NCBI GenBank assembly: GCA_963849325.1
Contig: CAWKHF010000012.1
Location: 416,001-480,000 of the forward strand
Source: an uncultured Planctomycetota bacterium
GTDB taxonomy: Bacteria; Planctomycetota; Planctomycetia; Gemmatales; Gemmataceae
DNA length: 64,000 nucleotides
Reading direction: 5' to 3'
Shown: piece by piece, positions 52,934-63,208 of the stretch
Position numbering within the stretch: the stretch's first letter is position 1
How the letters are laid out: every line of letters begins with the position of its first letter
The notes under the pieces: generated by a model
Database searches by the model: none
Told to the model about the DNA's origin: nothing
What the model saw: only the letters and a program-made list of their open reading frames with translations
Program-made: the position numbers and the translations under genes

Positions 52934-53149
52934 TCAACCCTCGTCGGGCCGTTTCGCCATCCTCTCCAGCGCTCCATTGATTTGACGGCGGAGCGCTTCG
53001 AGTTCATCCCAGCCGGCGCCGAGACGAGTGGAAAAGTCCGGCAGGTCCAGGCCATGACATACTTCGTTGAGGGCGTTGTTGACGAGGATCAGCTCATTGT
53101 GGCTGAGATCCAGCACGACATGATTGGCATCGCTCTCGCGGATGTGCAT
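52934..53149 (-). CDS. Small hypothetical protein (immunity-protein-like)
   Basis: ELILVNNALNEVCHG...FSTRLG. Confidence 0.55.
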   Translation of the reverse strand: MHIRESDANHVVLDLSHNELILVNNALNEVCHGLDLPDFSTRLGAGWDELEALRRQINGALERMAKRPDEG

Positions 53150-53183
53150 GAGAAACCTCGTTTTCTCCCCGTCACCGGACGCT

Positions 53184-53960
53184 TCATTCTATCCCGCTCT
53201 TTTGTGCGTCAGCAAGCGGCGGCAGATGACGTAAACTGTACGGCACCTCCAGGCCGTGCGCCTCCATCAGCGCCGCGTTCCGCAGTACGTCCGCCGCCGG
53301 GCCGTCCGCCTTGATCCGGCCGCGATCGAGCAGCAGCACCCGGCCGCACGTTTGCAAGATCAACTCCAGATCATGGGAAGCGATCATCCGCGTGCCGCCG
53401 AGCGCGTGCAACAGATGAATCAGCTCGCGCCGACCGCGCGGGTCGAGATACATCGACGGTTCATCCAACAGCAGGATGCTCGGCCTCATCGCCAGCACGC
53501 CGGCCAGGGCGACGCGCCGCTTTTCGCCGCCGGAGAGGTGGAAAGGCACGCGCTCGTCCATCCCGGTCAGACCGACGCGCTCCAGCGCCTCGGCGACTCG
53601 TTTGCGCACCTCCTCGGGAGATAATTCCAGGTTGAGGGGGCCGAAGGCCACGTCGTCGAAGACGGTGGCGTTGAAAAGCTGGTCGTCGCTGTTCTGGAAG
53701 ACGATGCCGACCTGGCCGGGCAGGCGGCGGCGCTGGGCCGCGTCGTGCAGGTCCAGGCCGCCGACGCGAAGCAGCGACGATTTCGCTAGGAGGACGCCGC
53801 TCAGGCACAGGAAAAGGCTCGTTTTGCCGGCCCCGTTGGGACCGACGAGGCCGACCCTGTCGCCGGCGGCCACGTCGAAAGAAACGCTGTCGAGGGCGGA
53901 TGCTCCGTCGGGATAGGCGAAGCTCAGGTCGCGCACCTGGATGGCGAATGCGGAGGACAC
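53184..53960 (-). CDS. cbiO: ECF transporter ATPase
   Basis: GPNGAGKT, VFQNSDDQLF..TV.DDVAFGP, LSGGEKRR, LDEP, SHDL. Confidence 0.88.
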   Translation of the reverse strand: MSSAFAIQVRDLSFAYPDGASALDSVSFDVAAGDRVGLVGPNGAGKTSLFLCLSGVLLAKSSLLRVGGLDLHDAAQRRRLPGQVGIVFQNSDDQLFNATVFDDVAFGPLNLELSPEEVRKRVAEALERVGLTGMDERVPFHLSGGEKRRVALAGVLAMRPSILLLDEPSMYLDPRGRRELIHLLHALGGTRMIASHDLELILQTCGRVLLLDRGRIKADGPAADVLRNAALMEAHGLEVPYSLRHLPPLADAQKSGIE

Positions 53961-53965
53961 GGCGA

Positions 53966-54740
53966 TCACCCGAGGAAGCGCGGCAGCCAGTCCCAGGCGG
54001 CGAGGGCCGCGGCGCTGGCGGTGATAAGGCCGAACGCCAACACGTCGGCGGGACGCGTGTGAAACGTCGTCAGGGAACGGAAACGCCCATCGAAGCCGCG
54101 GCAGCGCATGGCCTGGCCGACGCGCTCGGCGCGTTCGCAGCCGCGGACGAGGAGGGTGCCGGCGACGTGGCCGGCCGTGCGGTAGCTGTGACGGTTGGCG
54201 CGATTGCGGTAGCCGCGCACGCGCAGGGCGATGCGCAACCGGGCCAGCTCGTCGGCCAGGACGAAGACGTAGCGATAGGTCAGCAGGCCCAGGCTGGACG
54301 AGCAGGCCGGGAATCCGCAAGGCGTGAGCGGCCTTGAGGGTGGCTTCGAGGGGAGCGGTGGCCTGCACGACCAGCAGCAAGGTGACGACCGCCCCCGCCT
54401 TGGCGCCCAGCAGCAGGGCAACCTCGACGCCATGCCAGGAGAGATGAAGCACGCCCCAACTCCAATCCGGTCCCTCGCCGACGAGCAGCCAGGGCAAAGG
54501 CAGCGTGAACAGGGCGAGGAAGAGGGCCAGCGCCCCGAGACGTTGCAGGAACCAGCGCGGCGGCAGACGGGCGAGGAGGGCGAGCAGCAGGGCGGCGGCG
54601 AGCGACAACGCAGCGGCGGTGAGCGTATGCAGGGTGGCCGCGACGGCGGCGGCGATCAGCAGCGCCGCCAGCTTCCAGCGCGGGTCGAGCCGGCTGAGCA
54701 ACGACGGTGTTCGGGGAGGAGCGGAGAAGGCCAGGGTCAT
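53966..54740 (-). CDS. cbiQ: ECF transporter T component (frameshift near 54295)
   Basis: SLLSRLDPRWKL, LTYRYVFVLADE, ALRVRGY, RAERVGQAMRCRGFDG. Confidence 0.85.
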
Positions 54741-54874
54741 CGATGCCGACCGGAGGAAGGATCGGAGCCCCGCAGCATGAGCGAGGGCCAAAGATCACCC
54801 CCTCGCTCACGCGTTCGCGGCTCCGAACGGGAAGCGATCAACGTTTCGACGGCGTTGTCCGCATCATCTCGGCT

Positions 54875-55039
54875 TCAGATCTCGTTCTCGGCCTCAATCC
54901 AATCCTGCATCTCGGTGCCTTGCGGCCGGCCGCGCTGGACCCACTTCTCGTAGGCCCGCATGGCGATCTTCTCTTGCGGGATTTTGGTCGATGGGCTGTT
55001 GCTCGGCTGGCTCAGAGGCGGAGTCACGACGCGAGACAT
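54875..55039 (-). CDS. DUF2934 small protein (3' end may be affected by an indel)
   Basis: EKIAMRAYEKW..RGRPQG..MQDWIEAE. Confidence 0.8.
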   Translation of the reverse strand: MSRVVTPPLSQPSNSPSTKIPQEKIAMRAYEKWVQRGRPQGTEMQDWIEAENEI

Positions 55040-55266
55040 GGTAGTCCCTCCTTGAATGGTTGACCGGACAAACTGCACGAACGCAGTGGTGTCGTATTCC
55101 ACCAGATCATTCGCCCCTCCGCAAGTTTTTTTCCGGGCAAATGGCAGCCGCGACCGCTGGCCCGTGCCGCGCTCGCTGGACTGTATGCCCGTAAGCCGCT
55201 TGCATCTGCGCGTGCCTGCGTTAGAATCGGCCAACACCCCGCGCTCGCACCGCAAGGGACTTCTTC

Positions 55267-57150
55267 ATGCTCTGGGCCGTCTATCAGCAGCACCTCGATC
55301 CGCTGGCCGGCAAGCTCCCCGCCTCGTCGCTGCTGTCCATCCTCTTCGCCGCCCTGCCGGTGGTGGTGCTGTTCTGGCTGCTGGTGCCGCGGCGCTGGCT
55401 GGCGCCCAAGGCCGGCGCGATGGCCGCCCTCACCGCCCTGGTCATCGCCGTCACCGTCTACGGCATGCCGCCGCTGATGGCCGGCATGGCCTTCGTCGAT
55501 GGCGCCCTGTTCGGCCTGCTGCCGGTCGGCTGGACCATCTTCAACGCCATGCTGCTGTACAACATCACGGTCCAGACCGGCAAGTTCGACATCGTGCGCC
55601 GCTCCGTGGCCGGGCTGTCCGGCGACGCCCGCATCCAGGCCATCCTGATCGCCTTCGCCTTCGGCGCCTTCCTCGAAGGGGCGGCCGGCGGCGGCACGCC
55701 GGTGGCCATCTGCGGCGCCATCATGGTCGGCCTCGGCTTCGATCCCTTCCTCGCCGCCGTCCTGTGCCTGATCGCCAACACCTCGCCGGTCGCCTACGGC
55801 GGCCTCGGCACGCCGCTCATCACGCTCAACGGCGTCACCGACCTGCCCACCGAGACGCTCAGCGTCATGGCCGGGCATCAGCTGCCGCTCTTGTCGCTTT
55901 TCATTCCGCTGTACATGGTCAAGTGCATGTGTTCGTGGAAGCAGACGTGGGAGGTCTGGCCGGCCCTGCTCGTCGCCGGCGGCTCGTTCGCCGTCTTCCA
56001 GTACACCTTCGCCACCATCCACGCCTGGCCCGGCCTGTCCAGCATCGTCCTTTATCCGATGACCGACATCGGCGGCGGCATCTTCTCGCTGGTGGTGACG
56101 GCGATCTTCCTCCAGTTCTGGAAGCCGCGCAACGAATGGCACTTCGACAAGACGGCCGGCGCGAAACCGGCCGTGCCTCCGGCCGCACTCGACCCGAACG
56201 ATCCGCACGCGGCCGAGGCGCCGGCGCTCGTCGGCGATCGCCGCCGCCGCCGGCCGGGAGCGAACCGCCGCTGACCGCCTGGAGCATCACCCTGGCCTGG
56301 TTTCCGTTCGTCCTCATGTCGATGCTGCTGCTGTTGACCGGACTGGTGCGGCAGCGCGAGGGGCTGCGCAACAAGATCAACCCCCAGACGGGGCAGAAGT
56401 TTGGCCCGATCGATGATCGGTCCGATCGAGACGCAACTACATCGTGCCGATTCCAGGGCTGGACGGCGAATCGATCCGCGACGAGCGCCTGCACGAAGGC
56501 GACGAAGGGCCGGCCAAGCCGGAGAGCGCGACGTTCAATTTCGCCTGGCTGACGGCGCCGGGCACGGCGGTGTTCGTCGCCGCCCTGCTGTCGATGGTGC
56601 TGTTGCGCATGAACGCGACGACAGATCGCCTGGGTGTTCCAGCGAACCTTCGTCCAGATGAAGATCCCGATCCCGACCATCTGCTTCATGCTCGGCCTGA
56701 GCTACGTGACGCGCTACGCCGGCATGGACGCGACGCTCGGCTTCGCCTTCGCCGGCACCGGCGTGCTGTATCCGTTCTTCGCGCCGCTGCTGGGCTGGCT
56801 GGGCGTGTTCCTGACCGGCACCGACGCCGGCAGCAACGCCCTGTTCGGCAGCTTGCAGAAGATCACCGCCACGCAGATTCACGGCGCCGGCGCGTTCGGC
56901 GGCCATCTCGATCTGGGACAGGCGCAGGTGCTGATCTGCACGTCCAACAGCACCGGCGGCGTCATGGGCAAGATGATCGACGCCCAGAGCATCGTCGTGG
57001 CCACGGCGGCGACGAACCAGCTCGGCAAGGAGGCCGACATCTTCAAGGCGGTGCTCTGGCACAGCATCTTCCTGGCCGTGATCGTCGGCCTGCATGACGC
57101 TGCTGCAAGCGTATGTGTATCCGTTCACCGGCCTGGTGCCGCATCTTTAG
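55267..57150 (+). CDS. lctP: L-lactate permease (frameshifted)
   Basis: DARIQAILIAFAFGAFLEGAAGGGTPVAI, ANTSPVAYG, FLTGTDAGSNALFGSLQ, GGVMGKMI..QSI. Confidence 0.9.
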
Positions 57151-57264
57151 GGAATAGGGAATAGGGAATAGGGAATAGGGAATAGGGAATAGGGAAGAAG
57201 AGGGAAGAGGGAAAGGAAGGAGGAGTCCTTGCCCCTATTCCCTATTCCCTATTCCCTATTCCCT
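57148..57264. repeat. Inverted heptamer tandem repeat (TAGGGAA)7 ... (CCCTATT)4
   Basis: Read directly from the sequence; purine-rich spacer. Confidence 0.9.
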
Positions 57265-57376
57265 GTTTTTTTGTTCTTGGCCGAGGTCGGGACTTCCGCT
57301 ATAAGGTCCGCCCCGCGCCGGTGTGTTCACCTCGGCGCCGGAGTGGTGGCCCTGATGAAGCCGGAGGAACGAAATA

Positions 57377-58072
57377 ATGACCTGGACGTGGAACGATGCC
57401 CCGCGTGGGGCGAGGGTGTGTCAAGGGCTTGCCTGCGCCGTCCTGGCGCTGCTGTTCGCCGGCGCGACGACCGCTCACGCCGCCGACAGCGAGACGCGCG
57501 AGTTCGCCGTCCTCGTGGACGGCAAACCGGCCGGCAGTGCCAACATGACCATCGCACGGCAGGACGACGGCAGCACCGTCGTCTCCTGCGATACCAACGT
57601 GATGGTCCGCGTCCTCATCAAGAAATACGTCTATACCTGCCAGACGCGCGAAGTGTGGAAGGATGGGCGATTGCGGCAGTTTTCCAGCCGTTGCAACGAC
57701 GACGGCAAACCATACCAGGTATCGGCCGTCGCCGAGGGCACTGGCCTGCGCATCCGCGTGAACGGCCGCGAACGCCTGGGCCGGCCGGAGACGTGGCTGT
57801 CGAGCTACTGGACCCTGCCCGACGCCAAGCTCCGCAACCAGGTCGTGCCGGTCCTCGACGCCGACAATGGCCGCGACATGCAGGTCAGCATCCGCCAGGT
57901 CGGCGCCGCCCAGATCGCCGTCGCCGGACAGGTGCAGAACGTCCAGCACTATCGACTCACGGGCACCGTCCAAGTCGATTTGTGGTACGATGCCTCCGAG
58001 CGCCTGGTGCGCGAGGCGTTCGTCGAAGACGGCCATCCGACCGTCCTGGAGCTAACCCGCCTGCGGCGCTGA
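57377..58072 (+). CDS. Exported DUF6134-like beta-strand protein
   Basis: Signal ending AHA; 'F.V.VDGKPAG', 'EVWKDGRL', 'SSYW', 'HYRLTG', 'DLWYD'. Confidence 0.6.
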   Translation: MTWTWNDAPRGARVCQGLACAVLALLFAGATTAHAADSETREFAVLVDGKPAGSANMTIARQDDGSTVVSCDTNVMVRVLIKKYVYTCQTREVWKDGRLRQFSSRCNDDGKPYQVSAVAEGTGLRIRVNGRERLGRPETWLSSYWTLPDAKLRNQVVPVLDADNGRDMQVSIRQVGAAQIAVAGQVQNVQHYRLTGTVQVDLWYDASERLVREAFVEDGHPTVLELTRLRR

Positions 58073-58222
58073 GAGATTGGCGGCCGCGAAGCGCTCTTGT
58101 CAAAACGGCGGCGACGACGTTACCCTAGCCGCACGGAAGACCTCGGCGTCTCCGATGGACGATCGGACCCGTCGCTTGCGCTCTCGGCTCGTAAGGATGT
58201 TCTCAAGCCAGGAAGGTGAAGC

Positions 58223-58499
58223 ATGCACGACCGCGCATTCATCCGCCGTACCCTCATCGAGCTTCTCGAAGCCGACACCGGCGAGAAGCACGGCGACCTC
58301 GAAGAACGCCGTCAACCTCCGCGAAGGATTGGGACTGGATTCGGTCGATGTGGTCAGCATCGTCTCGCAGATCGAACGCCGTTTTCACATCCGCCTGACC
58401 CACCAAGAGCTGGAGAAACTCGTCACCGTCGCGGACGTGCTCGATCTGCTGCAAGCCAAGCTGGCCGATACCTCGTCGTCGCCGTCGGCAGCGGCATAG
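58223..58499 (+). CDS. Acyl carrier protein (indel near 58305)
   Basis: LREGLGLDSVDVV...IE.RF.I.L..EL.K..TVADV; DS phosphopantetheine site. Confidence 0.85.
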
Positions 58500-58501
58500 A
58501 A

Positions 58502-58581
58502 AAAGGGACTAGGGAACAGGGAATAGGGACTAGAGAAGAAGCTTCTTCTCTAGTCCCTATTCCCTGTTCCCTAGTCCCTTT
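58502..58581. repeat. Perfect 80-bp palindrome built of heptamer variants; probable bidirectional terminator
   Basis: 40+40 perfect complement centred on AAGCTT, between convergent ACP and AOS genes. Confidence 0.9.
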
Positions 58582-58582
58582 C

Positions 58583-59841
58583 TTATGCAGCCAGGCGCGG
58601 CGCGGACTCGGGTCCGGGCAGGCGGATCTTCTGCTGGAGTTGTGTCAGGGCGTCGAGAAGGCCCGCAATCGATTCGGACAGGTGGTTGGCGTTGACCTGG
58701 ATGCGCAGGACGCCGGCGTGATAGGGCACGGCCGGGAACGTCACCGATTGCACGTAGTAGCCCTGCTCGAACAGGAAATTGCCGGCGTTGAGCGTGTCTT
58801 CCTCGTCGCCAACGAGAACGGACAGGATCGGCGTTTGCCCGCCGAGGACGACAAGTCCCTTATCGATCAGGCCGGTGCGGAGCTGGCGGATGTTGCGCTT
58901 CAGCGCGCCGACAGCAGCTCGTACTCCGGCGAATCGAGGATGTCGCAGACGGTGCAGATGGCGTCGAGATAGCAGGGGGCGACGGGACCACCGAAAATGT
59001 AGGTGTTCGAGCGCATCTTGAGCAGAAGCTGGAACTCGCGGGTGCAGCCGATGAATCCGCCCATGCAGGAAAAGCCCTTCGACAGCGAACCGACGACCAG
59101 GGTGTTGTCGTAATTGCCCAGGGCGTCGAGCACGGTGCCACGTCCCTGCCGGCCCATGACGCCGGTGCCGTGCGCGTCATCGACGTAGAGCACCGCGCGC
59201 CGTCGCAGACACACGCGGTTCAACTCGGCCAACGGCGGCAGTTCGCCACTCATGCTGTAGACGCCGTCGATGGCGACCACGGCACAGCGATAGTCGCCGG
59301 CCTCGTCCAGCACTTTCTCGAGCGCCTGCGGGTTGCAGTGCGAGAAGGAGAGGACGCGCGTACCGTTGGCCCGAGCGATCTTGGCTCCTTCCTGAATCGA
59401 GTTGTGTGCCTGTTCGTCCACGACGAGCACATCCTGCCGGCCGACCAGGCCCGGGATGGCTCCCAGGTTGGCGAGGGTCACGGACGGGTAAATCAGCGTC
59501 GCCTCGGTGCCCAGCCAGGCGGCGAGCTTGTCCTCGGCCTCGACGTTGGCGCGGACGCTGGAAAAGGCCCGCGACGCGCCGTTGTGCGTGCCCCAACGAT
59601 GGATGCCGCGATGAAGGGCGTCTTGCACGCGCGCATCCTGGTCCAGTCCCAGGAAACTGTCGGAGCCGAAATTGACGACCTTCTTACCCGCCACCTCGAT
59701 GATTCGGTTAGGTCCCATGCGCTCGACGACCATGTCCTTCATGTGCGTCGTCGGGAATAGCTCGGCAAAGTGCTCGATGAAGCGAATCAAGCCATTCTGG
59801 CGCAGGGCGTTGGCCAGCTGCTGCATGGGTGAGGGACTCAT
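58583..59841 (-). CDS. Alpha-oxoamine synthase family PLP enzyme (BioF/Kbl/SPT-like), frameshift near 58905
   Basis: NFGSDSFLGL, AHNSI, DGVYSMSG, YVDDAHG, GSLSKG. Confidence 0.85.
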
Positions 59842-60045
59842 ACGGACCTTCTTCTCGTCGTTATGGGGGGTCAACCCACCCGGAATGCGGCGGAGGTGCG
59901 GAACGCGGAGCAGGCCCATCAAACCAAAAACAATGAGAGCGGACAATCGCAATCGTCGCGCCTCGACACGCCCGGCAGGACATGCCCGCGTCCATCATCG
60001 GACGAGCGGCCCGGTCGGTTTGAGGAAATGTGCCAAACGCTTGAA

Positions 60046-60123
60046 AAGGGAATAGGGAATAGGGAATAGGGGCGAGGTTTCTTCTCTCGCCCCTATTCCC
60101 TATTCCCTATTCCCTATTCCCTT
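60046..60123. repeat. Inverted heptamer tandem repeat (AGGGAAT)3 ... (ATTCCCT)4
   Basis: Same unit as 57148; inner stem ggggcgag/ctcgcccc. Confidence 0.9.
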
Positions 60124-60125
60124 CT

Positions 60126-61197
60126 TCAGCAGCGTACCACCAATCCCTCATGTACCATCCGCGCCCGGCAGCTGTCGTCGGGACGTTCGGCGCGGCGCAG
60201 TTCCTCGCGGAGCGTCTGCTGGAGGAAGACCTCCAGGCGGGCCATGTCTTCGTCGCTGCGAGCCGGATCCCGATGGCCCAGGTGCAGCTCGCGCACGCCG
60301 GCTGTCACGGCGGTGGCCACGCACGCCTCGATGGTGCTATGTCCCCAGCCGCGCCGCGGCAGGGCCAAGTCGGCGCCAATGCCCTGGCGCCCCTCATATT
60401 CGGCGAGCGTGTATTGCCCCTCGGTGTAGAGGACGTCTGCCCCGCGCGCGAAGTCGGCCAGGCCCACGTCCGGCACGGCGACCTGTTCGTGGTCGGTGGC
60501 GAAAACGAAGACGTGGCCGGCGTTCTCCAGACGATAGGCCAGGCAACCGCCGGGGTGGTTGAGGGCGTAGGTGCGGATGCTCGTCGAACCGATGGGAAAG
60601 TCCGACCCCGCCTCGATCGGACGAAAGTCCTCCAGCGCCTTGAGCTGATCGTAGGTCGGCGGGAAGTAGCGGCGGCTCAGCTCGGAGTTGGGATTGAACA
60701 GCACGCCGAGACTGTCGATTACGTCGGGCCGTCCCCAGATGGTGAAGCGGTTGGCCGGATCATAGTACGGGGCGAAATAGGGCGTCGCGTAGATGTGATC
60801 CATGTGCGGATGGCTGAGGAGCACGTGGGCGGTACGGGCGGCCCGTCCGTCCTCCCGCCGCGAGACGGAGCGCCAGACGCGCTTGCAGAGCCAGGCCCAA
60901 CTCGCGGAAGCCGCTGCCGCAATCGAGAATGAGCAGGGCGTCCGGTGTCTGGACCTCGACGCACGTGGTGTTGCCGCCGTAGCTGCTGCCCAGGTGGAAG
61001 GGCAACTCCTCCTGGACGCGCCGCCGGATGGTCGCCTCCAGCTCGGGTCCGGGGCATAGGTCGGCCAGTCGTCCTTGCTCAACCAGGTGCTTGATGGCGC
61101 CGACAAGTTTGTCGGTCACTTCCGGCGGCCGCAGCGGGGCGGTCAAGGTGCCGGTGACGCCCCAGTAGGTGATGGTGAAGACAGGCTCCTGTGCCAT
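60126..61197 (-). CDS. MBL-fold metallo-hydrolase (frameshift near 60890)
   Basis: YGGNTTCVEV, LDCGSG, SHPHMDHI, NHPGG, ATDHE, WGHST, GHRDP. Confidence 0.88.
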
Positions 61198-61975
61198 GAC
61201 GAGAGTCCTCGGCCGCGAGGTCCGCCCCTCCCGAGCGTACCGGCCGGCGCTCGCGGCGGACAAGGGCAAAAAAAAGCGACTGCGCTCCGCGCCGCCAGCA
61301 CCCGCCTGTGCGAAAATGCTCCATCGTGCCGGATCTTCGCACAACGACTTCGCTGCGGCTCGATTGAAGTGCGGCCAAATAGCGATCTCTCAGCGTTTAT
61401 TCATGTACTCCAAGTGCTTACGTCCGAACGGCTTCCTATCGACAGGCTCACAATCCCACCGGGGAGGACGATGCTGGAGAACTCCGGCACGGCAATTGCT
61501 TTCTAAAGGTTCGGAAAGAAAAACCCAGAAGCCAGATACTCGCCTAGGAAAACCTCACAAGAGCAAGCCTCTCAGGGCATCGCTTGCCCCGCCGACGGAA
61601 GCTCTCCTTCAACGATGAAGAGTTTGCTTGTCCTTCTCCTTCTTCCCACCGGAGCCTCGCTGTGCCGAAATTGCCGATCGACAGCTGGAAACAGAGTATC
61701 CCGATATCGTGTCGATCCATTTTCGGCCCAAAGAGAAGCCGGGACGGTCGATCTCTCGAATGGTTCAGCGATTAAATCCCTCTCACTCATCTACTTTTAA
61801 CTTGCTCTGCTTGAGGGAAGTCCCTTACAATCCTCGAAACGCCGCCTTCCTCGAATGAGAGAGGCGAAGTAGTGAACTCTCCTCCCGGATCGATTGTCCT
61901 TTCCGGGATTCTCGGCTTTCCTGTCGAGAGAAATGTTCGACTGTTTTTTTTGTTTTTCTTCAAAGGAGTCTCGGG

Positions 61976-62815
61976 ATGTTCAAGTTGCCGTTCGCCAAAC
62001 GATCGCGTGCCTTCACGCTGATCGAGCTATTGGTGGTGATCGCTATCATCGCCATCCTCATCGGCCTGCTGCTGCCGGCGGTGCAGAAGGTGCGTGAAGC
62101 CGCCGCTCGCACGCAGTCGGTCAACAATCTCAAGCAGATGGGTCTGGCCATGCAGAACCACCACGACACGCTGAACATGCTGCCCGACGGCGGAGCGGGT
62201 GGCGGCACCTGGCCCACCAGCGGGGCCATGGGCATGGCGCAGCCGGGTCCGTGGACTTACCAACTCCTGCCCTTCCTCGAACAGCAGAACATGTGGCAGA
62301 ATTGGGTGACCGGGACGAATAATAACGGCTTCGGGGTGAAGGCTTACATGGATCCCGGCCGCGGTCGCCCCGCGCTGGACGGTAATAACTACGCACGCAC
62401 GGACTACGCCATCAATGGCTATCCTTTCAACGGCAACAAAACCAATGGCGGCGCGGGCGGCTGGAATGGCCCCTCCAAGACGCAACTGACGCTGCTGGGC
62501 ATATCGGACGGCACCTCGAACACGATCTTCGTCGGCACGAAGTCGCTGGCCACCAATAACTACAATGCCAACGTCGGCAACTGGGACGACGGGGCTTTCC
62601 AGACCAACGGCGGCAACACCCGTAACGGCACCATCGTCCAGAAGGACGCTTCCGGGCTGGCTTCCAACGGCGGCCCGTTCTGGGGCGCGGCGTACGCCGG
62701 CGGCGCCCCCATGGGCATGTACGACGGCAGCGTGCGCATGCAGCAGTACGATGCGACCGGATTCGTCGTTCCCCTTCTGACCAGCAACGCGGGCGACCTC
62801 TACACCGGCCCGTGA
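61976..62815 (+). CDS. DUF1559 prepilin-like protein, paralog 1
   Basis: [50 protein letters not shown]. Confidence 0.92.
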   Translation: MFKLPFAKRSRAFTLIELLVVIAIIAILIGLLLPAVQKVREAAARTQSVNNLKQMGLAMQNHHDTLNMLPDGGAGGGTWPTSGAMGMAQPGPWTYQLLPFLEQQNMWQNWVTGTNNNGFGVKAYMDPGRGRPALDGNNYARTDYAINGYPFNGNKTNGGAGGWNGPSKTQLTLLGISDGTSNTIFVGTKSLATNNYNANVGNWDDGAFQTNGGNTRNGTIVQKDASGLASNGGPFWGAAYAGGAPMGMYDGSVRMQQYDATGFVVPLLTSNAGDLYTGP

Positions 62816-62832
62816 TGCGAGCCTTCCTCCTC

Positions 62833-62873
62833 AACAGCAGGCGGCGCCGGAACCAGGCGCCGCCTTTCTGTTG
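62833..62873 (+). terminator. Probable terminator hairpin
   Basis: aacagcaggcggcgcc-ggaacca-ggcgccgcctttctgtt. Confidence 0.5.
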
Positions 62874-63208
62874 CGCCGCCTCCCGGTTGAGGAAGAGTCG
62901 CGGATCATCGCTTCCCGAAGTTTTCGGGCCTCCAGTGGAACAAGGGTGCGGAAAAGGCGCGAAAAAGAGGAGGACCGGTTCTTCTTCTCGGCATCTTTTC
63001 AACTCTTAAATCTTTCTCACGCATCTTTTTTCATTTGCCTCTCTTGAAGAGAACTTATACACTCACAAGTACATGGTCTTCCTTGATGAAGGAAATCGAG
63101 GCGGGACGCCCTTGACCTGGATCGATCCCTTCTTCCGGGATTCTCGGCTTTCATGTCGAGATGTAAATTTGACGATCTTTTTTGTATCACTTCTAAAGGA
63201 GCCTCGTG

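Noticed and set aside
53184-54791. CbiQ-CbiO fusion (535-aa ORF)
   Set aside because: The real CbiQ C-terminal half is in another frame and stops at 53966
57148-57196. Telomere-like (TAGGGAA)n or eukaryotic contamination
   Set aside because: Internal, paired with an inverted copy, and embedded between ordinary bacterial genes
61200-61850. Short ORFs or an RNA gene in the long AT-richer intergenic region
   Set aside because: No recognisable protein motif, RBS-coupled ORF, tRNA fold or terminator-bounded structure; treated as a divergent promoter region
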